From NCBI GenBank assembly GCA_044869275.1, contig JBIOXB010000213.1, forward strand, positions 1 through 64,000: a stretch of 64,000 nucleotides of DNA, written 5' to 3'. The position numbers were made by a program, and so were the translations under genes. Under the pieces are notes generated by a model, which searched no databases, was not told where the DNA came from, and saw only the letters and a list, made by a program, of their open reading frames with translations. The stretch is from a bacterium (lineage in GTDB: Bacteria > Zhuqueibacterota > Zhuqueibacteria > Zhuqueibacterales > Zhuqueibacteraceae). Shown here piece after piece: positions 56,917-64,000 of the stretch (positions within the stretch are counted from its first letter, which is position 1; the number at the start of each line of letters is the position of its first letter).

Positions 56917-58533
56917 TTACCTCGTTCTTACCGTATCCGGCAAAAGAGACTCGGGAATTTCGCCGCGGCTGAGCAGCATGCGATACAAGCGCTGTCGCGC
57001 TTCGATGGCGTAGACCTCGTCGCTGCCGTTGCTCAGACGGATGCGCGCGCGCAGGTGCTGGATGGCGGCGGTGGTATCTCCGCGTTGCATGTAGATCTGC
57101 GCGAGATAAGTATGCGCGTCGGCATAATCGGCTATTTGCAGCACGCGCTCGAAAAAGCGCACGGCGCTGTCCAGCTCATTTTGATGATAATAGGCAATGC
57201 CGAGATTGTAGAACGCCTCAAGATTTTGCGGATCGAGCTGAAGGATGGTCTCGAACAAAGGCAAAATATGAATCATATCGCCTTTTTCAATATAAATTCG
57301 CCCCAGGGCCATTAAAGTGGGCAGGTGACTGGGATTGAGCTGGCGGTATTTTTCCAGCAAAGCCAGCGCCTCGGGACGGTGATTTTCATGCAAGTAATAT
57401 TCCACGGCGCCGAGCACGGCCTCCAATTCCAGCGGGTTCAATTTGAGCGCATGTTGATATAATTCCAGCTCATTTTTAAAACCGTCTTGGGCAAAGCGGC
57501 TCGCATGGAGCTGGGCCATGTCGACATAAACTTTCGCCAGCGCGGGATCGAGTGCCCGCGCACGCCGCAGCGCGCTTTCTGCTTCACGCCATTTCTTGGA
57601 CTGCAGAAGGCATTCGCCCAGCAAAAGCATGGTTGCGGCTTCGAGAGAATCGCGGCGGGCCGCGCTGTGAAGTTGCGGCGTGAGCTTCGCAAGCGCACTT
57701 TTCCATTCCGTTTCCTGCGCGCGTTCCTGGCGCAATTGCTGCATGCGAACACGAGCTGCGAGCGCGATGAAATGGGGTTGCGTGGTATCTTGTAGTACGA
57801 GGTCTCGCGCCTGTTTTGCTGCCGGTTCCAAGCGGCGCTGCAGGAGATTCAAATAAGCAGAGTAGTACGCGCTTTGCTGCGGCGCAGGCAAAAGCGCAAC
57901 GGCAAGGCTTGGCCGCGCCCTAGCGGGCGCGAGCTCAAAATACGCGGCTACTTTGTCGCCGAGTTCCTGCGCGGCCGCGGCGATTTTCGTGGTATCCTCG
58001 ATGGTAAAAGCAGACTGCAAAACCGGCTCGCCCTCGGGCAGATCGAGCAATTGAAACTCAACCAGAATCCCTGCGCCCTCGCGGGTATATGTACCGAAAC
58101 CGATGCCGGGCAGATGGAGGCCATGGGCAAAGCGCCGGACATAATCCGAATAAGGCAAAGAATCGAAATGAGCAAAGGAGAAAACGGCTGCGGTGGGCAA
58201 AGGATAAAATTCCCGCGTGCGGCGCTGCTGCAAAGCAGCGGTGAGGAGATCTGCAAAGGCCAGGCCCCAGGGCGCGATCGTGCCGGAAACAGAAGATTTT
58301 TCAACGAAAGGAAAGATTAAAACACGCGGCGGCGCAACGGCGCGGCGGCCGTGCGTGAAAAAAAGCCCGCTGAAAACGGCAACTGCCGCAAGCGTGAGCG
58401 CGGCGGCAGTTTTCCAAAAAAAAGACCTATCAAAAGCTTTGCCGAAGCGGTGCAAATTCCACAAAACGAATAAAGCAATGCCCCAGCCCACGATGATAAC
58501 CGCCGTCCCGGCGGGAAGTTCCATGGCTGCCAA
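56917..58533 (-). CDS. Membrane-anchored TPR-repeat protein
   Basis: Two N-terminal hydrophobic segments; TPR-like repeats (A..LDP, YNLG.AY). Confidence 0.75.
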   Translation of the reverse strand: MAAMELPAGTAVIIVGWGIALFVLWNLHRFGKAFDRSFFWKTAAALTLAAVAVFSGLFFTHGRRAVAPPRVLIFPFVEKSSVSGTIAPWGLAFADLLTAALQQRRTREFYPLPTAAVFSFAHFDSLPYSDYVRRFAHGLHLPGIGFGTYTREGAGILVEFQLLDLPEGEPVLQSAFTIEDTTKIAAAAQELGDKVAAYFELAPARARPSLAVALLPAPQQSAYYSAYLNLLQRRLEPAAKQARDLVLQDTTQPHFIALAARVRMQQLRQERAQETEWKSALAKLTPQLHSAARRDSLEAATMLLLGECLLQSKKWREAESALRRARALDPALAKVYVDMAQLHASRFAQDGFKNELELYQHALKLNPLELEAVLGAVEYYLHENHRPEALALLEKYRQLNPSHLPTLMALGRIYIEKGDMIHILPLFETILQLDPQNLEAFYNLGIAYYHQNELDSAVRFFERVLQIADYADAHTYLAQIYMQRGDTTAAIQHLRARIRLSNGSDEVYAIEARQRLYRMLLSRGEIPESLLPDTVRTR

Positions 58534-58662
58534 ACGTGATGCTCCGTCTCGAATGATCTATGGAAAGTTTCGTGAACCACCATGCCTCGACTCCGCTCAG
58601 CATGACGGCCACCCCTCGCGTTCGTCCGGGGTGGCGCGACCAGCATTCTTGAAAGGGAGCAT

Positions 58663-60672
58663 TCAGCTTTTCGGTTCCGTGATTTTCTTGGATTCTTCCG
58701 CCGCCACCACGGTTTTTGCACTGCCGTTTTGCGCCTCCTCCTCGGGCGGCAAAACCTGGCCGCTCAACAGGGTGTCGATTTCTTCGCCATCCAAAATTTC
58801 GCGCTCCAACAGCGCTTTGGCGACGACGTGCAAATTCTCGAGATTGTTGCGCAGAATGTCGTGCGCCTTTTGCGTGGCTTCCATTACAATGACCCTGACC
58901 TCGGCGTCGATGGCCTTCGCCGTCTCCTCGCTGTAATCGCGATGCTGTGCGATTTCGCGGCCCAGAAAAATTTCTTCCTGTTTGGTGCCGAAGGCGAGCG
59001 GGCCCATGGTCTCGCTCATGCCCCATTCACACACCATTTTGCGCGCCAGCTCGGTGGCGCGCTCGATATCATTTCCGGCGCCGGTCGTGCTTTCGTTGAA
59101 CACCAATTTCTCCGCTTCGCGGCCGCCCATGAGATGCACCAGCATGGATTCGCAATAACTCTTCGAATAAGTTTTGCGCTCGTCCAACGGCAGCGAAGTG
59201 GTCAAGCCCAGGGCGCGGCCGCGCGGAATGATGGTGACTTTGTGAATCGGGTCCGAGCCCGGGGTGTATTTCGCCACCAGCACGTGGCCGGCTTCGTGAT
59301 ACGCGGTGATGCGTTTTTCCTTCTCGCTGATCAGCAGGCTTTTGCGCTCCACGCCCATCAACACTTTGTCCTTGGCTTCTTCGAGATCGCGCATTTCCAC
59401 GACGTTCTTGTTGTTGCGCGCCGCCAGCAGCGCGGCCTCATTGACGAGATTGGCCAGATCGGCGCCGGAGAAACCGGGAGTGCCTTTGGCCAGCACGGAG
59501 AGATCGACATTCTTCGCCAGCGGGATTTTTTTGCAGTGCACTTTCAGGATGCCTTCGCGGCCGCGCACGTCGGGCCGGTCGACCACGATTTGGCGATCGA
59601 AGCGGCCGGGGCGCAACAAGGCTTGATCGAGCACGTCAGGACGGTTGGTGGCGGCCACCAAAATTACGCCTTCGTTGGAATCGAAACCGTCCATCTCGAC
59701 CAGCAATTGATTCAACGTTTGCTCGCGCTCGTCGTGCCCGCCGCCCAGGCCCGCGCCGCGATGGCGCCCGACCGCGTCGATTTCATCGATGAAAATAATG
59801 CACGGCGCATTGCGCTTGCCCTGTTCGAATAAATCGCGCACGCGCGAAGCGCCGACGCCGACGAACATTTCGACGAAATCCGCGCCCGACATGCTGAAGA
59901 ACGGCACTCCGGCCTCGCCGGCGACCGCCTTGGCCAGCAATGTTTTTCCCGTTCCCGGCGGGCCCAACAGCAACGCGCCTTTGGGAATTTTGCCGCCGAG
60001 GCGCTGAAATCTTTCCGGGTCGCGCAGAAACTCGATGATCTCGCGTAATTCCTGCTTGGCTTCGTCCGCGCCCGCGACGTCGTCGAAGGTCACCTTGGGG
60101 CGGTTGTTGCCGGCGAGCCGTGCCCGCGATCGGCCAAAAGAAAAAATGCCCTTCGTGCCCGCGCCTTGCATGCGCCGCAGCAGGAAAAGCCAGAAGACCG
60201 CGAGCACGATCCACGGCAGCAAATTGAGAAAATAGTTCCACCATTCGATGGATTTGGGCTTGACGTCAACATCGAGGTTGTACTTGTCGTGCCAGCTGCT
60301 CACGGTCTCGAAGGAGATTTCTTTGGGCAGAAAGACTTTCACGCGCGTGTAGGGGCGCACGTCTTTTTCTTCACCGGGAAAAACCTCGGGCGAGAGCAGA
60401 TAACCGTGCACCTCGTCGCCGCGAATTACGGCTTTTTGCAGTTTTTGCCCTTCCAGCAGGCCCAGAAATTGCGTGAACGTGATCTGCTTTTCCTGTTGTT
60501 CCTGGCGGTCCCAATGCAAAGTGATCCAAATCGACAGCAACAAAATCGCCATCCAAAAAATCAGCGTCTTGGAAGCGCGCGACCATTGCGTATTTTCTTC
60601 CCGTCTGGGATTCTTGGACGAGTTTTTGCGTTTGGGAGAGTTTTTATTCGCGTTTTTGTTCTTACCGTTCAT
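58663..60672 (-). CDS. ftsH: ATP-dependent zinc metalloprotease FtsH
   Basis: [31 protein letters not shown]. Confidence 0.98.
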   Translation of the reverse strand: MNGKNKNANKNSPKRKNSSKNPRREENTQWSRASKTLIFWMAILLLSIWITLHWDRQEQQEKQITFTQFLGLLEGQKLQKAVIRGDEVHGYLLSPEVFPGEEKDVRPYTRVKVFLPKEISFETVSSWHDKYNLDVDVKPKSIEWWNYFLNLLPWIVLAVFWLFLLRRMQGAGTKGIFSFGRSRARLAGNNRPKVTFDDVAGADEAKQELREIIEFLRDPERFQRLGGKIPKGALLLGPPGTGKTLLAKAVAGEAGVPFFSMSGADFVEMFVGVGASRVRDLFEQGKRNAPCIIFIDEIDAVGRHRGAGLGGGHDEREQTLNQLLVEMDGFDSNEGVILVAATNRPDVLDQALLRPGRFDRQIVVDRPDVRGREGILKVHCKKIPLAKNVDLSVLAKGTPGFSGADLANLVNEAALLAARNNKNVVEMRDLEEAKDKVLMGVERKSLLISEKEKRITAYHEAGHVLVAKYTPGSDPIHKVTIIPRGRALGLTTSLPLDERKTYSKSYCESMLVHLMGGREAEKLVFNESTTGAGNDIERATELARKMVCEWGMSETMGPLAFGTKQEEIFLGREIAQHRDYSEETAKAIDAEVRVIVMEATQKAHDILRNNLENLHVVAKALLEREILDGEEIDTLLSGQVLPPEEEAQNGSAKTVVAAEESKKITEPKS

Positions 60673-60799
60673 GTTTGTTCAATCATTCATTTGAATTTGA
60701 GCCAAAAGCCTTGACCACGAGCGCACCAGGCGCCACCCAGTTGCACAGAGTTTTTCCCTGTGCAGCTGGGTGCCTCCTGGCAGGCCCGGTGTGGACCAA

Positions 60800-61342
60800 T
60801 CATTCCATGACGTAGACCTGCGGCAGATTGCGAAACAGTTGAGCGTAGTCCATGCCGTAACCAACCACGAAGCGCATGGGAATATGAAAACCGATGTAGT
60901 CGCAGCGATAATCCACTTGCTTGCCTTCATCTTTCACCAGCAGCGACACGAATTTCAGCGATCGCGGCGCAAGCGCGCTCAACTTTTCCAGCAAATAATT
61001 CACCGACAAACCGGAGTCGATGATGTCTTCGACGACCACGACGTGGCGGCCTTCAATGTGGGCATCGATTTCCTTTTTCACCTTGACCACACCGGAGGTT
61101 TTCATCGCCTCGCCGTAGCTCGAAATTTTGATGAAATCCACTTCACAGTCGATGGTGATCGCGCGCATGAGATCGGACATGAACATGTAGCCGCCATTGA
61201 GCACGCCGATGAATACGGGCCTCATGCCGGCATAATCTGCCGAGAGCTGTCGTCCCAATTCTTTGACACGCTGTTGAATGATCTCCGCCGACAACAATAC
61301 CGGATACTTGCCTTGCAAAAACTGCGAGGTTTGATTGGTCAC
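60800..61342 (-). CDS. hpt: Hypoxanthine phosphoribosyltransferase
   Basis: VVEDIIDSG; FVVGYGMDY...RNLP; GTG 61342 with GGAGG RBS. Confidence 0.95.
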   Translation of the reverse strand: MTNQTSQFLQGKYPVLLSAEIIQQRVKELGRQLSADYAGMRPVFIGVLNGGYMFMSDLMRAITIDCEVDFIKISSYGEAMKTSGVVKVKKEIDAHIEGRHVVVVEDIIDSGLSVNYLLEKLSALAPRSLKFVSLLVKDEGKQVDYRCDYIGFHIPMRFVVGYGMDYAQLFRNLPQVYVME

Positions 61343-61358
61343 ATTTCCCTCCGGTGAC

Positions 61359-62810
61359 TCAAAGCGGCTCGAGCTGCAAATGCAATAGCGACTGCGTGGC
61401 GTCTGTAACTTTGAAACGATCGTCCAGCCGATAACCGCAGACCCACACCAGGCCGCAATCACATTCCACCAGCGGGATGAGTGCACGCCTGTGATAGGGG
61501 ACTTTCAGATCGATGAAAAAGTCCGACAGTTTCTTGAAGCCGGGCATGCCCAGCGGTTTGAAACGATCTCCCGGCCGTGCACAGCGCACACGCAAAGCGC
61601 CGCGAATCGCGAGCGCATCGACAAATTGTGAATGGGTGTTGATTCTTTCACGCCAATCGCCAAAATTCTGTTCCTGCGCAACGATGATGCTCACGCCCGC
61701 TTCCGGCAGGGAATGGCGCTGGCCAATCACCAAAATTTGTTGTACGGGTGTCGGGCGAAGACGGCGAAAGGCGGCACCGGTTTTGTTTGTTACAACTTCC
61801 ACGGCGTTTCGCCACAAGTACCGGCGCGTACGCGAGGCAATTTGCTGGCTTGATGTGGAAAGAAGCAGATCAAGAATGCGCACCGTTTCGGCAAAAGTCA
61901 GGGTGACTTCGTCATTCGTCAAACGGCGCATCACCAAGCGCACCATACCCGCTTGCACGATGCGAAAATACTTCCAAAATCGTTTAAGATCAAGGACAAT
62001 TTTGCCGATTTCTTGCGTCACCATCGTCTCGGCCAGCGCTTCCTGCGCGGCATGCTCCAGGAAGGCCTCGGTTTGCGCCGAAATATTAGCCAATTGCAAT
62101 AATTGCGCGTCAACGTTGGGATTGAACCGGTGCCGCAGCACCGGCAGCAGCTCGTGGCGCACGCGGTTGCGGCGAAATTGAACATCCGTGTTGCTGGCAT
62201 CATCCCGCCAGGAAAGCCCGCGTTCCTGCGCATAGGACAGAATCTGGTTCCTCGAGAAAGGCAGCAACGGCCGCAAGATCTCGCTTTCAGATTGGGGTAG
62301 CTTGCGGCGCGGTGGCATGCCGGACAGCCCGCGCCACCCGCTGCCGCGCAACAAATGCGCGAGCACGGTCTCAACTTGATCGTCGCGCTGGTGGGCGGTG
62401 ACCACGGCCGAGGCGCCGCATTTTTGCCGCATGCGATCGAGCGCTTGATAACGCAGCTTGCGGCCGGCGGTCTCCACAGAAAGACGATGCTGCCGCGCCA
62501 CGGTCTTGACCTCGACTTTTTCGCTCAGAAAAGCCAGATGATGCTGCTCCGCTAACTTTTCCACGAATTCGAAGTCACGATCGGCCGCTTCCCCGCGCAA
62601 GCCATGATGCACGTGCCCTACGGCAAGCTGCAATTGCCATGCTGCGCGCACCTGGAGCAGCAAATCGAGCAGAACGCAGGAATCCATTCCGCCGGAAACC
62701 GCCACTAATAAATGGCCACCGGATTGGATAAGACGGTTTTCAAGGCAATGGCGGCGGAAGAGCTGTAGGAGTTTTTCTTCCTGCGAGTGCATAACGTTCG
62801 GTGCAATCAA
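61359..62810 (-). CDS. tilS: tRNA(Ile)-lysidine synthetase
   Basis: AVSGGMDS; HHGLRG; AHQRDDQVET; RPLL; D.SN...RNRVR. Confidence 0.95.
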   Translation of the reverse strand: MIAPNVMHSQEEKLLQLFRRHCLENRLIQSGGHLLVAVSGGMDSCVLLDLLLQVRAAWQLQLAVGHVHHGLRGEAADRDFEFVEKLAEQHHLAFLSEKVEVKTVARQHRLSVETAGRKLRYQALDRMRQKCGASAVVTAHQRDDQVETVLAHLLRGSGWRGLSGMPPRRKLPQSESEILRPLLPFSRNQILSYAQERGLSWRDDASNTDVQFRRNRVRHELLPVLRHRFNPNVDAQLLQLANISAQTEAFLEHAAQEALAETMVTQEIGKIVLDLKRFWKYFRIVQAGMVRLVMRRLTNDEVTLTFAETVRILDLLLSTSSQQIASRTRRYLWRNAVEVVTNKTGAAFRRLRPTPVQQILVIGQRHSLPEAGVSIIVAQEQNFGDWRERINTHSQFVDALAIRGALRVRCARPGDRFKPLGMPGFKKLSDFFIDLKVPYHRRALIPLVECDCGLVWVCGYRLDDRFKVTDATQSLLHLQLEPL

Positions 62811-62926
62811 GCTTGCGCGAGACTCGTACTCTTACTCGTTCTCGCCTTACAAAAGCGAGTATGAGCAGAAGTAAGAGTAGGAGTAAAAGTGAAAACAAGG
62901 ACCCTTTTCTTGTGCGTCTGGCCGGG

Positions 62927-63457
62927 TTATTTCAATTGATACCGTTCCCGCAAGACGTTGAGGTGATGCCGCTCGTGCCCGGCAATAATATACGCCAGCG
63001 CACGCACACTGAACACCACGTTGTTCGCCGTGCCGGTCCGGTGCAATACCGGTTCGTCCAGCGAGTCAAAGAATGCAATCGTGGCCGCGCGGATACTCTG
63101 CAATTCTTCCCTCAAGCTTTGCAGCGTGCGCGCATCAAAATTCGCGGCTTTGACGTAGTCATCCTGTTCGAAGCTGGAGAGTGGCGTGGCATCCGCCCGC
63201 GCCATGCGCAAAGCGCGATAAGCCATTACGCGTTCGGTGTCGCCCATGTGCCCGAGCACTTCTTTGATGCTCCATTTTCCCGGGGCATAACGAAACATGC
63301 CGCGGCCCTCGGGAAGGTTTTGGAGCAGATGAACGGTTTCTTGAATTTGCTCGCGCAGGACAGAAAGAGCGTCGTCGCCCGGAACGCCAGCGATGTAGTT
63401 GGCATAATAAGGCGCGTACTCGCTGCTATGCGGCCGTGGAATGAGAAGTTGCGACAT
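62927..63457 (-). CDS. DinB/YfiT-superfamily protein
   Basis: YAPGKWSIKEVLGH..DTER...YR; IAGHERHH. Confidence 0.88.
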   Translation of the reverse strand: MSQLLIPRPHSSEYAPYYANYIAGVPGDDALSVLREQIQETVHLLQNLPEGRGMFRYAPGKWSIKEVLGHMGDTERVMAYRALRMARADATPLSSFEQDDYVKAANFDARTLQSLREELQSIRAATIAFFDSLDEPVLHRTGTANNVVFSVRALAYIIAGHERHHLNVLRERYQLK

Positions 63458-63622
63458 GATGCTTCGCTAATTTTGCAGGTTAGAATCTGGATTACACGTT
63501 ACACTTTACACGTTACACGTGTAAGGTGTAACGTGTACTGCGTAACATGGTGGCCACTCCCATTCAAAATGAAAATCCCGATCTTCCTGCAAATGGTCAA
63601 GGAACAATCGGGACTTTCGCGG

Positions 63623-63695
63623 TAGCGGCGGAGGGATTTGAACCCCCGACCTACGGATTATGATTCCGCTGCTCTACCGGCTGAGCTACACCGCC
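63623..63695 (-). tRNA. tRNA-Met (CAT), elongator type; 3' CCA not fully encoded
   Basis: GGCGGTGTAGCTCAGCCGGTAGAGCAGCGGAATCATAATCCGTAGGTCGGGGGTTCAAATCCCTCCGCCGCTA; folds as a cloverleaf, anticodon CAT. Confidence 0.92.
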
Positions 63696-63858
63696 ACGTC
63701 GTACCTTTTCCAAATATAAAAAAGCCGAGATGAAAGGCAAGTTCAATTTCCGCCCGATTTTTCGCAATTGCGGCTCTCTGGAAGTCCAGCAATTGATTTG
63801 CCGCGCAGAAACCGAGGAAGGAGCATGGCTTTAGATTCGCTTGAGGTCAGCCCGGTTT

Positions 63859-64000
63859 TCATCCCCCCTGCCTTTTCAGCGCCGCCTCAAAATTATCCAA
63901 TGCCAGATCCAGCTCGGCACCATCATCCTGGTTTTTCAACCGAAGCTGGCCGCTTTCTTTCTCACGCTGGCCGTAGAAGGCGACGTAGCGCACTTGCCGC
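63859..64000 (-). CDS. hisS: C-terminus of probable histidyl-tRNA synthetase (anticodon-binding domain), partial
   Basis: Manual translation RQVRYVAFYGQREKESGQLRLKNQDDGAELDLALDNFEAALKRQGG* fits a class IIa anticodon-binding domain end. Confidence 0.55.
   Translation of the reverse strand, partial: RQVRYVAFYGQREKESGQLRLKNQDDGAELDLALDNFEAALKRQGG

Noticed and set aside
63623..63695. tRNA-Ile2 (lysidine substrate), given its proximity to tilS
   Set aside because: Acceptor stem has G4-C69/G5-C68 and a GGCGG start like elongator tRNA-Met, not the C4-G69/C5-G68 of E. coli Ile2; a covariance-model check would be decisive

Overview
GC-rich bacterial chromosome segment, most likely from a diderm FCB-superphylum organism such as candidate division KSB1. 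This is inferred from three secreted proteins with 'PNPF(N)P..' FlgD-Ig/T9SS-type C-termini, a GAFTDA-type NtrC regulator and many short intergenic tandem/inverted repeats. Left to right: (1) a large Ig-repeat surface protein and an orphan WbqC gene. (2) A 14-kb co-oriented cluster (4.8-19.1 kb) behind a good sigma-54-type -24/-12 motif. It encodes a membrane protein with two His-x13-His helices, a membrane-anchored 10-heme cytochrome c, a double-FHA protein, a TrxR-like flavoprotein-FHA-FHA-[2Fe-2S] fusion, a tandem GlcG/HbpS lipoprotein, a probable outer-membrane barrel and a 10-heme cytochrome c fused to an LVIVD-type propeller. This is the best candidate for an uncharacterised system: a possible phosphothreonine-regulated cytoplasm-to-surface electron conduit. 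(3) An accessory region (19.3-26.4 kb, left part AT-richer) with intact and decayed toxin-antitoxin pairs and broken genes. (4) A two-component pair, an S9 peptidase, sucrose synthase plus sucrose-phosphate synthase, and a pentose-phosphate cluster (tkt, pgi, rpe, zwf, pgl). (5) An S8 protease, an FAH-family protein and a large propeller/PKD protein. (6) A housekeeping run hisS(partial)-tRNA-Met-dinB family-tilS-hpt-ftsH-TPR-folP-cdaA. A ~125-bp MITE-like element occurs three times. All family calls come from motif recognition by eye, with no database search; start codons are best estimates.
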